Assembly: GCA_043228905.1 (NCBI GenBank) | Contig: JBHGNT010000018.1 | Location: 15,500,001-15,564,000, forward strand | Reading direction: 5' to 3' | From: Azolla caroliniana | Taxonomy: Eukaryota; Plantae; Polypodiophyta | DNA length: 64,000 nucleotides | Shown here: piece by piece, positions 32,001-44,100 of the stretch | Layout: each line of letters opens with the position of its first letter | Position numbering within the stretch: position 1 is the stretch's first letter | Translations under genes and position numbers: made by a program | Notes under the pieces: model-generated | Databases searched by the model: none | The model's input: the letters and a program-made list of their open reading frames with translations, nothing else | Told to the model about the DNA's origin: nothing

Positions 32001-34422
32001 AAGGGACCGGTTAGCACTCGAGGACCCGGCCGAAGACGGTGAAGAAACAGAACCGGCCGAAGAAGATGAAAATGATACCGGAACCGGCCCCGATCCCGAA
32101 ATGGATTCGGATGAAGAAGAAGAATCGGAAGAACCGGTTACCGAAGCTCCGAAACGGAGATACCCTCAAAGAGAGAGAAGGGCCCCCCGGAGATTTCTGG
32201 AACCAGAGCACGTGTTGCTAACCGACGAGGGGGAGCCGGAGAGCTTTGAGGAAGCAAAACATGACACCCAGAGCCGCAGGTGGTTGAGTGCCATGCAGGA
32301 CGAGATGGATTCCCTGCATGAGAACCACACATATGAACTTGTGGAGTTGCCGAAAGGAAAGCGGGCACTTCGAAACAAGTGGGTGTTCAAGCTGAAACCG
32401 GGAGATGCCGGAAACCCCCCGAGATACAAAGCCAGGATCGTGGTGAAGGGGTTTCAGCAGAAGAAGGGCGTCGACTTCGACGAGATATTTGCCCCGGTAG
32501 TGAAGATGACCTCCATCCGGACGGTGCTGAGCATAGCGGCAAGCATGGACCTCGAGGTAGAACAGATGGACGTGAAGACGGCATTCCTTCACGGCGACCT
32601 CGATGAAGAGATCTACATGCAGCAACCGGAAGGATTCGAGAAGAAAGGGAAGGAGCACCTGGTATGCCGATTGAAGAAGAGCCTTTACGGACTGAAGCAG
32701 GCTCCCCGGCAATGGTACCGGAAGTTCGACTCCTTCATGACCGACGAAGGGTACCTCAAAACGCAGTCCGATCACTGCGTGTTTGTGAAGAAGTTCGAAG
32801 GAGGAGACTTTCTAATACTCCTCCTGTACGTGGACGACATGTTGATCGTCGGACGGGACCAGGTCAAGATCCGGATGCTGAAGAAGGCTCTTCACCGAAC
32901 CTTCTCAATGAAGGACCTGGGTCCGGCGAGACAAATACTAGGGATGCACATCATCCGGGACCGGAGCAAGAAGCAGTTGTGGCTGTCACAGGAGAAGTAC
33001 GTGACGAAGGTGCTTCACCGGTTCAACATGTCGGAAGCAAGACCGGTCGGATCGACCCTCCCGACAAACTGCAAGCTGTCCAGCAAGCAAAGCCCCAAGA
33101 CAAAGGCTGAAAAGGAGGATATGATGAAAGTGCCGTATGCCTCAGCCGTCGGGAGCTTGATGTACGCCATGGTGTGTACGAGACCGGACATCGGACATGC
33201 AGTCGGAGTGGTGAGCCGGTACATGAGCAATCCCGGCAAAGAGCATTGGAACGCGGCCAAGTGGATACTCCGATACCTGAAGGGCACGACAAACGTGTGC
33301 CTCCGATTCGGCTCCGGTAAGCCCGAACTCGACGGCTTCACCGATTCGGATATGTCGGCTGATGCAGTTACCAGCCGGTCCACATCAGGGTATGTGATGA
33401 CGTATGCAGGGGGAGCTGTTTCATGGCAGTCGAGGCTGCAGAAGACGGTTGCGCTGTCAACAACGGAGGCAGAGTACATGGCGGCTGTTGAAGCCGGCAA
33501 GGAAATAATATGGATGAAGGACTTCATTAGAGAGCTCGGTATCCGACAGGAGGAGTACCGACTCTATTGCGACAGTCAGAGTGCAATCCACCTTGCAAAG
33601 AACGCGGCCTATCACTCCCGGACGAAGCACATCCAGCGAAGATATCACTGGATCCGGGAAAGGATAGAAGACAAGGAGTTCGTGCTGACGAAGATCCACA
33701 CGGACGAGAACGGGTCGGATATGCTGACCAAGGTCCTCACACCCGACAAGCTGGAAGCATGCCGGAAGAGGATCGGATTGGAGAGACATCCCATGCCGAA
33801 GTGAAGGGGGAGTTTGTTGGGATTACGGTCCCTTCGCATGGGATGGTCGGATGTCGGGGATGAATGCCGACAAGCCCGGTTTCGGTTTCGGATCCGGATG
33901 ACGAAGACCCCGGTTTCGGTACCGGATGACGAATGTACCCGGAGAGCGATCCGGATGCAGGGACATATCCGTGAATATGTTCGCTATGGGCCCCTGAGGC
34001 TACAGTTGTAAATAGCCCAAAGTCATATAAGTATAAATATGACTTAGGGCAAATAGTTTAGCAGTTGCTTCTCATTTTTCTGTTTTTCCACTCAAGAGGA
34101 GTGAAGTGTAAGCAGCCGTGAGAGAGAGAGAGATAGAGCGCGAGAGAGGAAGAGGTAGACGCCTCTGTGTATTTCCGCCGCCTGTGGCGAGGACAGCGAG
34201 CTCAAGGTCGTCGCCTTGCAGCTCGCCATTGTATACTTCTCTGTATAGTGTTGGTTTGGAGTCTTGTACTCCCGTGGTTTTTCCCGTATAGGGTTTTCCA
34301 CGTTAATCCCTGTGTACTCGCGTTTTGTTTCTCTTTGTGGTTCCTATTTTCTGCTCCATCGATTCGCGCTTACTCGGTTGTGGCCGAGCGGTGAAGGTGA
34401 ATAGAAGCGTCTATTCCTTACA
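29091..34422 (+). mobile_element. Element C: intact Ty1/Copia (Tnt1/Tork-like), 5332 bp
   Basis: 608-bp LTRs (TG..CA) at 29091-29698 and 33815-34422 look identical; TSD CCTTT; PBS TGGTATCAGAGC at 29702-29713; PPT GAAGGGGGAG at 33803-33812. Confidence 0.97.
29728..33804 (+). CDS. Copia Gag-PR-INT-RT-RNaseH polyprotein, uninterrupted
   Basis: CFHCGKPGHFRKNC, WVVDSGAS, WHKRLCH..C..C, HTD..DNGGEY..NGLAER, YVDD, SDMLTK; first ATG at 29728. Confidence 0.96.
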   Translation: MEGGGSGQPGMMVLNAQNYADWKIKMEDLLIVRDLYEPIDRSEIPKGVLESEWKLLNRKAVATIRQYVDVSVLQHVANDTNAYEMWKKLSDLYERKNALNRTSLMRKIVNLKYRDGESMVEHVSTFMGFVNQLAAIKFPLEDAMQAIILMCTLPESWENLVVTLSTSCTEDNLSLQTVKTSILNEEARRRDKEPASEPKMLFTESDRGRQWNRSPQRREKSGTRSQSRGRPTCFHCGKPGHFRKNCRHYRKDNGTDNTDSKKSPERNGAYRGATDRNGSDRRGQDRKGTTALAASEEEIMLITEEGELNIAGDETTWVVDSGASFHLTPERRYFSSYTAGEHGCVRMGNEGTCRIAGIGDVWLTTPTGCKMLLKNVRHVPKVRLNLISAGRLDDEGYTGSIRNGVMKFSKGSLIVARARKVNTLYLMNARLCPEELNVAADTAGELWHKRLCHMSEKGMKRLAEDNLIPVKHVHLEKCTDCLAGKQNRTSFHSRPPTRRSAPLELVHTDVCQVETKSHGGAQYFVTFIDDHSRRLWTAPLKTKDQVLCVFKELHARVERESGKKLKAIRADNGGEYRGQFQEYCRSKGIRLEFTVPKTPELNGLAERMNRTIMERVRSMLAHAKLPKGFWAEAMSTATYVINRSPSVPLDGDTPQRVWTGREVSYRHLKVFGCLAYVHVAKDRRGKLDPKTRPCIFLGYGDDEFGYRVWDPVDKKIFRSRDIVFMEDKTLADWESEKKMKSSKSTGEDKLYEEQSRPARDRLALEDPAEDGEETEPAEEDENDTGTGPDPEMDSDEEEESEEPVTEAPKRRYPQRERRAPRRFLEPEHVLLTDEGEPESFEEAKHDTQSRRWLSAMQDEMDSLHENHTYELVELPKGKRALRNKWVFKLKPGDAGNPPRYKARIVVKGFQQKKGVDFDEIFAPVVKMTSIRTVLSIAASMDLEVEQMDVKTAFLHGDLDEEIYMQQPEGFEKKGKEHLVCRLKKSLYGLKQAPRQWYRKFDSFMTDEGYLKTQSDHCVFVKKFEGGDFLILLLYVDDMLIVGRDQVKIRMLKKALHRTFSMKDLGPARQILGMHIIRDRSKKQLWLSQEKYVTKVLHRFNMSEARPVGSTLPTNCKLSSKQSPKTKAEKEDMMKVPYASAVGSLMYAMVCTRPDIGHAVGVVSRYMSNPGKEHWNAAKWILRYLKGTTNVCLRFGSGKPELDGFTDSDMSADAVTSRSTSGYVMTYAGGAVSWQSRLQKTVALSTTEAEYMAAVEAGKEIIWMKDFIRELGIRQEEYRLYCDSQSAIHLAKNAAYHSRTKHIQRRYHWIRERIEDKEFVLTKIHTDENGSDMLTKVLTPDKLEACRKRIGLERHPMPK

Positions 34423-35959
34423 CCTTTTCCCTGTCGAGCGCATCCACCGACTTGACAAGCAGCAACACTCGACTCGTTTCGAGCACCGTCCGGTCCAGCG
34501 TCGACAACCGCGCGAATTGTTTTTCAAACTCCTGGAGGAGCACCGACATGTTCCTCCCTTTTCTGGGGCTTTCCACCCACGCCATGAAGTCCCGCCTCGA
34601 CAGCCGGAGTGAGTCGTCAAACCCGTACTTCTCGAGGAGCTGCAGCTCGAACTCCTCCCAAGTTTGACATTCGGCCAGCACCTCGAGCACCTCCGCATGG
34701 ATGCCCGGCGTCACCACCCGAGGGAATCCGGACAACCGCTTGTCCACCGGGATATCCCTAATGATCATTTCGGCCCAGTAAGCCTCCAAATAACTTGTGG
34801 CGTCTTTCCCTCCGAAACAGCCTATAGAGCCGACGATCGATTCAATGGCTCTGTCGAGGGTACCCATTCCCTCACGAGCGCTCACCAGCTGGTCGACGGC
34901 CACCGCCATTGCCTCTGCTAGCTCCGATCCCCTCATCTTTCGACTCCTTTGCCGCCCTGTTCACGTCGGGTTCACCAAATATGTCGCGTTGTTACGCGCG
35001 TACGTGTAGAAAGGGGCGGGACCACGGGGGTCTTGGACCTAGGAGCGAGAGAGAGAGAGAGAAACAGAGAGAGAGAAAGATTCACCGACCCGTAGAAGCG
35101 AGAAAGAGAGAGACAGAACACAACACTTAATTATAATTACAGAGATTACAAACTCCGACAATTACAACCGACAAAGCGGCGACAGACCCGACACGGGGAC
35201 CCTACTCACGCACACCGACGATAGTCACCTGACTCGAGGAAACGAAAAAGGGGGAGGGGTAAGGGGAGCGACTCTGCTGGAAGCACACGGGCTGTCCACG
35301 AAGCAGAGGCAGCGACCTTCCGACACACGTAGAGAGCGACGATTCGAGAGCGGCAGAGAGATAGCTCGGGCCTCTGTTCTGTAGCAACCTTCTTTTCTCC
35401 TCCTCGCGCGCGATATCTTTCTTCTCTTGTCAAGTCCCTTTTTATTCCTTGTCCTCCCCTCCGTCTGATAGAGATACGCACAATCCCCTGATAAATGCGT
35501 GCTGCCTCGTATTTCACCCACCGATCCGTTTATGAATCGGGTACAAAATATCAAGTTACGCGTCCATCCGTGTAAGAGCTGGTTCACGCGCCTTTCTCTC
35601 CGAATCCACCTATGGCCGGTTTTCTTCACGACACCGCTGTGGCGTTGAGTCGTACCTGGTGCTGGCGCGCTCGCTACAAGAGTTGACCCACCACAAGAAA
35701 GAGTCTCGACGTAGTCAACAAGATAGTCAAATGAGGGTAGCTAGGCCTCTTATTTATAGCGATACCCAAGGCCCCCAGGCAAGTTCACACTTGGCCTAAT
35801 GGGTTGTCTCAATCCCGAGGATTTAAAAGTAATCCTCCCCTTCTTTACACTCTCGTTTAACCCTCACACTTATCCACGTGTATAGAATACTACGGTAAAT
35901 TCTCACCACGAGATATTATATGGTCATGCCCATAACATACTCCCCCTCTTTAAAACATT

Positions 35960-38900
35960 GCACTCTTGCAATGGAAAGTTAGGGAAGTTAGTTCTGAGAG
36001 TATTTTTGCGTTCCCAGGTGGCATCTTTTATTGATTTATCCATCCATTTTATTTTAAATTCTCGGATTTCTTTAGTACGTAATTTTTTGTTTTAACATCG
36101 AGAATTCTTTCTAGTACATGTGGTTTAGAAGATACATCTTCAGAAGTAACCAGACTTTCAGTTGTAACTATATTGTCGCTAGAACCTAGAAGTTCTTTTA
36201 GACGACTCACATGAAAAACTGGATGAATTCCAACACCATCGGGAAGAGCGAGACGATAGGTTGATGACCCAATGCGTTTGAGGACTATAAAAGGTCCACA
36301 AAACCGTGGGGCTAACTTAGCGCACTTACTCGTAGACAATGTCTTAGAATTGTGAGGTACACATAAAAATACTTTCTGTCCAGGGTTGAATACACGAGGT
36401 TGCCTATGATGGTCGGCATAAAAATGCGCTCTATCTTGAGCTGTTTTTATATTATCTCGTGCAATATGCAACAGATCTTGCATATCCCGAAGAAAGTTTT
36501 GCGTACTTCGCAACTCATCATGATGTATATTAACATCAATTGGGGCTCGTGGCTGAAAACCATACATCAACATAAAAGGACTATATCCCGTCGATGTATG
36601 CTTGGAGTTGTTATAAGCAAACTCCAAATTTGGGAGATAACGTTCCCATTTTGTTGGTTTTATACCAACATATGCTCGAAGCATGTCCTCAATAATTTGA
36701 TTTACTCGTTCTGTTTGTCCATCGAATTGAGGATGATTCGTGGAGCTCATGCTCAACGTAGTTTCTAACTTCTTGAAGACTTGTGTCCAGAAGTCACTAG
36801 TAAACTTTGGATCTCGATCACTCACGATATCCATCAGCAACCCATAAAAACGAAATAACTCGTCCACGAATTGGTAAGCCAATTCAGGAGCTGTTACCGT
36901 GGTTTTAGTAGCAATAAATCTGGCCATTTTAGTTAGTCGATCAACCACAACCCAGATGGCGTCATGGCCTTTTTGGGTGCGAGGAAGGCTAACAATAAAA
37001 TCCATGGATATACTTTCCCACTTATTATTGGGAATGTCCAAGAGATGTAAAAGTCCTGCAGCTTTAAGTCACTCGGCTTTGTTAACCTGACATTGGTGAC
37101 ATTTAGTCACATAGCTATGTATGTTAGGACGCATCTTAGGCCAATAAAATTGAGTGGAGATGAGAACGAGTGTACATTGTATTCCAGGGTGCCTTGTTGA
37201 GGGTGCATCATGGCATTAAAAAAGAATCCTCTTTTTGACCTCAGGTAAAGCTGGAACACAAACCTTCCCATTACGGTAGAGCAGACCGTTAGAAATGTGG
37301 AAGTATTCCTTCGAGGATGTGGTGGTGTCTATTCCAGACTCAACTCTTGCCCAGTATTTTGCGAAATAACTGTCATCAGGATACTTTCCTCGAAGGTGAT
37401 CATAAAGATCTGATGATATTTCAGTGAAGCTAAGCGTGTTAACTTCACGGATGCGACTTAGTGCATTAGCGACAGTGTTCATGGAACCTTTACGATATCG
37501 TATAGAAAAATCAAAGTCCTGGATGAGATCAACCCATCGTGCCTTACGACCTTTCAGGTCTTGTTGGTCACAAAAATATTTCAAGGACTCGTGGTCCGTA
37601 GTTACCACAAAGCGATTTCCATAAAGATAATGGCGCCATGTTTTGAGCGCATGTATAACTGCAAATAATTCCTTTTCTTGAACGGTATACCGACATTGAG
37701 CAGAATCAAGTTTCTTACTCTCGAATGCTATTGGTTTACCATCTTGGTATAAGACAACACCTATAGCATAATCGCTTGCATCGGTTTCAACCTCAAAAGG
37801 TTTTGAAGGATTGGGTAAAAGAAGTGAAGGAGCCTTGCAAACCAGGTCCTTGAGTTCCTTAAAGGCGAGGTCTAGTGTAGCATTCCACACAATAGGTTTC
37901 GTAGACTTACGCGTTTGACCTTTTAGAAGATTAGTAAACGACGTCGTCAATTGGGAGTAATTACGAAGAGATTTTCGCAAAAACCTGACAAAACCAAGGA
38001 ATGATCGAACTTCTCGAATGTTCCGAAGAGTGGGCCAAAGCTTGATTTTCTCAATGCGAGAAGGATCAATTTCAACTCCTCATTCGGTTATGAGATGTCC
38101 AAGATAAGTAATTGATTTCTTGAAGAACTCACATTTTGAGATCTTCGCGTAAAATTGTTTGTCACGCAATGTTTGTAAAACAAAGCGGACATGTTTAACA
38201 TGTTCTTGTAATGTACGGCTATAAACTAAAATATCATCCAAGAAAATAACGACAAATTTTCCAAGTTGTTCTCGGAAAATGTCATTCATTTCTTGTTGAA
38301 ATGTAGCCGGAGCATTGGTCAAACCAAAAGGCATAACCAAAAACTCATAATGGCCATAGCGCGTACGAAATGCTGTTTTAGGAAAATCATCCTCACTTAT
38401 ACGAATTTGATGGTAGCCAGTACGGAGATCAAGTTTCGTAAAATACTGAGCTCATTGGAGACGGTCAATTAGATTGTCAGCCCGGGGCAGTGGATACGAA
38501 TTCTTGATCGTCACTTTATTCAAGCGTCGGTAATTAATACACATACGCCATGTGCCCTCTTTCTTTTTAACCAAGAGAACTGGTGCACCCCATGGAGATT
38601 TACTATAACGTATATAACCCATTCGTAAATAGTCCTTGAGTTTCTTAGATACCTCATCCTCTTCGGATCGACTTAAGCAATAAGGAGGTATACTTATTGG
38701 TGCAACACCAGGTACAATATCTATACGATGGTCTATATTACGTTTAGGAGGTAAGCCATCTGGTAGTTCACTAGGAAAAACATCACGAAAATCATTTAAG
38801 ATTTCATCAAGTTGTTGTTGTTCAAAATATGTTGATTGAACCGAGACATTATCGATATTGTAAACGTGAATGTCCGGATCAAGTACACAATAAAATAGAG

Positions 38901-39963
38901 TAGAACAAGACAACTCGGATATTGATGGACACGAGGAAACAATCGAGAGGGATTGTTTTTTTACACATTGAATAAAATGAGTACAATCGTTCAGTACAAA
39001 TGTAATTGAATGATGAACCCAATCAATAGATAAAGAAGAGTTTTTATTATAAGACCAGGGATAACCCAGTATTACATCAGTGGTACAAAGATTCATTACA
39101 TGGAAGTCTACTTCCTCTATATAAGTGTCAATAGAAATTCCTAATGAATGAATCGCCCCATTGATGTATTGTACTCTTCCATCAACCAAGTGCACCGTGT
39201 AGGTGTGATCACTTACAGTGGGTTGGATTCTCCATATCTAAACCAAATGATCATTCACAAAATTGTGTGAGCTTCCCGAATCAAATAAAAATTGTACAGG
39301 AGATCCATTGATATACCCGTTTGCACGTAGTAAATCATTGGGACCCAATACATAGTGAGGGAAAGAACATTGACAATTACTTAAATGATGTGTATAGACC
39401 TGAAGGACATTAGGAATCTGACCTTTATGGTCTGCAACTTTAGCTTTGTTGTCGTGCTCTTTCCGTTGGAGCTTTCGACATTGATCTTTTGTATGACCCT
39501 TCTTTTTGCAGAATACGCAAAAAGGATGTTGTTGCTTACAATCACGATCCATGAATTCATTGGGTGTCTTGCGTTTCCCAATGAATTGCGATTGCTTAGT
39601 CCCGGGCGCTTCGTTGGGTTTGTTGTGGTCCTTCTTCGAAGTGCGTTGATAGCGAAGAACTATTTCAATGGCCTCTTCGAAGGATTTTGGATCATCCTTA
39701 TCGTGCATTATCCAGTGATAGTCTGAATTGGGGATGCCATTGACAAAACAAGCTATTAACTAGTTGTCCCCTTCTAGACCCGATTTTTGGATTTGGGTTC
39801 TAGCATGGTGGACATAGTCTTCTAGCGAGGAAAACTTCCTGCTAGAGAGGTTCATTAAATCTTGTGCAGCCTCGGTTCGAGAGGGAGGTTGCAGAAATTG
39901 GCCCTTGAAATTTGTGACAAAATCTGTCTAGGTATCGGGCAATTTTCCCAAAGTACGGAGCCC
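35960..39963 (-). pseudogene. Element A gag C-terminus and pol (PR, RT, RH, INT, chromodomain)
   Basis: [57 protein letters not shown]; after a 1-nt frameshift ERILDVKTK/LRTKEIREFKIKWMDKSIKDATWE (chromodomain). Confidence 0.9.
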
Positions 39964-40362
39964 ACGCTGTCGTGAAGATCCGTCACTACGCGCGGATCGT
40001 GAGGCGGAACCGCCGGGGTTCTGGACCAGAAGGATTTAGAGTCGATACAAGCTTTGGCGAGAAAGTACTTAAGATAGATTGGGAAAGAGAGAAGTTGAGA
40101 TTACACGATTGATTTGAAAACGAATTTCTTCCTCTTAATTTTCATAAAAAAAACCCGTGTTTTTTCTCCTCACCCTTCCCTCTTTTATAGATGCTCTCAT
40201 GCATATGATGCATGTGAGGGTACAAGACATGCATAAATTGCATGTTTGCCATTTGGCGCTTAAGTATTACATGTGGTGCATGCTAACCATGTCACTCATT
40301 TTAGCTCTTATGTATGAGAATTTACATGTAAAAGTACAATGATAGAAATATAATTTCAACTA

Positions 40363-40435
40363 AATACCATGGCTTAATGGTAAGCCATTTGACTCCTAAC
40401 TTGGAGGTGTAAGGTTCAAATCCATATTTGCCCTC
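40363..40435 (+). other. Degenerate tRNA-like Pol III cassette in the LTR of D (second copy ~47252-47324)
   Basis: A box TGGCTTAATGG at 40370-40380 and B box GGTTCAAATCC at 40413-40423, at tRNA spacing; acceptor and anticodon stems are not intact. Confidence 0.55.
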
Positions 40436-41104
40436 TTTGTATATGTAAATATGTGTATATATTTATATATTTATTTTATCTAATCGCCGGACGCCGGTTC
40501 TCCGGATATCGTCACCGGATACCGGTGCCTCGCCGGATGCCACCGGCGGATACTGTCGGTCGCCGGATGCCGCCGCCGGATACTGGTGCCGCCGTCGGAT
40601 ACCGGTGCCGGATTGCGGTCGGATGCCGTCAGATCACCGGCTCCATCGCCGGTCCGGTTTTGGTTGGCCAAAAACCCTTTTCGAGTAGCTAGCCACCTCC
40701 ACTCTTAGTTCAAGTTACCTTGAACTCTCTATGCTCCACACATAGACACAAAGATAATATCTTTTGCTCCACCTTATATATGATGAGAGCCGTATTTGTC
40801 GTGCCTATGTGGGATATCTCACAATTTTCTCTTTTCTTTTCACAAACTTTATACCCTCATATCTTGACATTTAGTTGTCCATTTCTCGTGTAATAAAGTG
40901 CATTCGAAACCTCCATAATTTTGTACTTAGATATTAAAAATGTTATCTTCACAATTATTGTATTACGTGATTCATACTCGATTTCGTACGTTTTATGGGA
41001 TTTTCACACTATTGGCGAAAATCTTCACGACATCCACCCCCACCAAACCGCACGTCCTCCGGTACGTGCCAAGAAGAGAAGACGTGAGATTTCGGCTACG
41101 ATGA

Positions 41105-44100
41105 TCAATTAGATTCCTCCATGTCTTCATTTTCATCCGGCCTATTATGTTCATCGTCGAGGTAATCGAGGTCAGGATCCTTGTCTTGTCTTTTCTTGAA
41201 AAGCTTTACTCTTTTCCCCGCAATGGGTACGGCCAACCTTGATCCGTCTAGTTCCACAAGGTGGTATGTGGCATTATCGTTGGCACTTGTCACCACATAC
41301 GGCCCGAACCATCTTCTTGCGAACTTCCTTGTTGTACTATGTTGATTGTCAAGGGTGCTGTCGTAAACCAAAACCCAGTCCCCTTCTTCAATCTTCTTGG
41401 GACGAAGTCGATGCGTGTTGTCGAACCGAACTTTGTTCTTTACTCGGGCTGCCTTCATCATCTTTCGCGCTTTTTCTAAATCTTCAGGTCTTCTTTCAAG
41501 TTGCCTTATCCGCGCCGCTAATAACTCTTCTCGGCTCATCTCGTTCTCCCACGGTATCGCTACCCATGAGGCGATCGTCCTTTCGATGGGCATAATCGGC
41601 TTTTGTCCATACATAAGCTCCGTCGGCATATACCCTGTCACCGAGCTATGTGTCGTTCTATCGGCCCACAAGGCATTGGGTAATAGTCGTGGCCAATTCC
41701 CGACTCGACCGTTGCATGCCCGTACGATGGCTTTAACGATAGGTCCATGCCCTCGCTCGATCTTCCCATTTGCTTCCGGATTGTAGGCAATCGTGAGGGA
41801 GAGCTTCACGCCTAGTCTTTCGAAGAGCTCCGTCGCTTCGTGCGCGTCCAACTCCCCTCGGTCGGCCACTATCTTCCCTACACATCCATATCGGCAAACA
41901 ACATCTTCAAGTAGAAATTTGCAAACGGCTGAAGTTGTCTTATTTGTCAAGGCTCGTCCTTCCACTTGATTTGTCAAGTCTTCCCTTGCCAGCGCTAAGT
42001 ACTTCATTTGTCCCACTCCCATTGGCATTGAGACCAGATCCACCATCCATTTGAAGTGAATGGTGAGTGGGTATGTCGGCTTTAACTCATCACGATGACG
42101 TATATTTGAATATATTTGGCAAGTTTCACATGTGGACACGAAATGGAGTACATCTTTGTACATGCTTGGCCACCAGTACTTCTCCTTCAATTTTTCGAAC
42201 GTCGCCCATGTTCCTCTATGACCTGCCCAAGCACTCTCGTGGAATTCGGTCATCAGCGTCTCTTGCTCTTCTTTCTTTACCACCACTCGACGTGGTATTC
42301 CTGTCCTTCTTTTTGGATGTCACCAAAGGAATCCTCCCTACAAGAAGTATCGGTAAGCTTTCTTTCGGATTCGTAGGGCCTCCTCCTTTGTCAACGAAGC
42401 ATCTGTCGTCAATGTTCTTAGGAATCTACCGATGAGTAACCATTCTCCTTCGTACTCGTTCTCGTTGAAGGCGTGGAGGGTTTGCGTGTCCTGGTCTTCT
42501 GCCGACAATCGAGCCATCTTGAAGAAGTCGAGGGCGACATCTTCATCTTCCGAAACCATGTTACTTCCATTTGAAAATCTTGCCCTCGACAGCATGTCAG
42601 CCATGGCGTTCTTCTTCCCTGCGATGTGATGGATCTCTGGGTTTAAAGACTTGATGTAGGCGATCCACCTTAGCATAGCAAGATCTGGGGTCGCACATCC
42701 CGAGACCATTCCGAGAATTGGGAGACAATCTGTCTCTATTATCACTTCTGGCCCGATCAGGTAATCTTTGTCCGTCTTCACTGCCGACACAATACCCCAA
42801 AGTTCCCGCTTGACTTGGGCATATCTTTGTTGCCGTTCGCTGAGAACCTTTGCTCCGAACCGGATGGCATATCGCGCATTATCTTCACCTTCTTGATTGA
42901 TGACCCACCCGATTCCGGTTGGGCTCGTATATACGGTCACATAAATTGGTTTCCCTTCGGCATAGTCGGCCTTCCTTAGTGTCGGAGCTTCAAGAAGCAG
43001 TTTCTTTAATCTTCGCATCGCCTCTGTGTGCTCGTCTCGCCATTCGAACTTTATTCTTTTCTTTAGTAGTCCATATAATGGTTCGGCGACATGAGCGTAG
43101 TGAGGAATCCATATATGATAAAACGCGCACGCTCCAAGGAACCTTCGAACCTCCATTTGGTTTTCGCATTCTTCTTTCATGTCTTGGATTGCGTTCACTT
43201 TGGATGGCGAGGGCTTCCGGCCGTATGCTCCACACAAGTGACCTACCATCAAGATCTCCGGTTGCCCGAATGCGGATTTTTCTCCCGAAAATGTCAAATT
43301 CGCATCTTCGAGCCTTTGAAGCACCTTCTCGCAATCTTTCATATGATCCGCAACGAACTTTCTACAACCTTCCTTATCTTTCGATTCATCTTTCTCCTCA
43401 TCCGAACATCCTTTTATCGGAATATCATCCAAGAATGGCATCGTGATGTCCGGAATGCAATCCTTCAAGACTTTATTCATGGCATTCACCATATGAGCCA
43501 CCGAGTTCGTTGCGCCTCGGGGTAAGGTACACATCCGCACAAGCCCGATCGGAGTCCTCATGGTTGTAATGTCCCGACTGTCGATCGCCAATTGGAATTG
43601 GTCATATCCGGAGTAGAGATCGCCAATGGAGTAGATGGACCGGCCCGCAAATGCTTCGGCAAATTCGTCCACGCTCGGACCGATTCCGGCATTTCGAATT
43701 GTCACCTTGTTGATGGGTTGAAGATCTTGGATGAATCGCAATGATCCATTCTTCTTCGGCACCGTGAACCACCTATTGGAATAAGGAGCATTCGAAGGTT
43801 CTAGAATTCCCATACTCACCTTCTCCTTTAAGAGCTCGATCAGCTTCAGAAGGTGTGCTCTCGGAACCGGTATCGGTTTCAAATTCCAAGGCACATGAGG
43901 CACCGTGAAGATCACCATCGGCTCTATAACCTTTGGGTCGGCGCATCCGATTTCTCGTGGGAAGAATGCGAAAGCCTTCCCATGTCTCTCAAGCATATCG
44001 CGAAACATTCGATCCTCTTCAGGGAGAAGGAAATCCTCCTTTCCAACTTGTAGCTTCCCCTTCGTCTCTTTGGTGAAGACATGACCTATCTTCTTCGGAT

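Larger units (their letters stand above)
27471..34936 (-). pseudogene. Element B gag-protease ORF1, interrupted by Copia C
   Basis: ORF 34936-34418 continues into 29086-28055 across the Copia; zinc knuckle CMWCDAIGHIRKD(Y); protease ALVDHGSEINLM; ends GDF* at 27471. Confidence 0.85.
23261..35633 (-). mobile_element. Element B: non-chromoviral Ty3/Gypsy inserted in the 3' LTR of A
   Basis: LTRs 23261-23914 and 34982-35633; PBS 34977-34960 complementary to the 3' end of plant tRNA-Trp; PPT TGGTGGGGGTGGA; approximate 4-bp TSD CCGA/CCGC; order gag-PR-RT-RH-INT. Confidence 0.93.

Noticed and set aside
40363-40435. Functional tRNA gene
   Set aside because: Acceptor and anticodon stems do not pair; kept only as a tRNA-like cassette.
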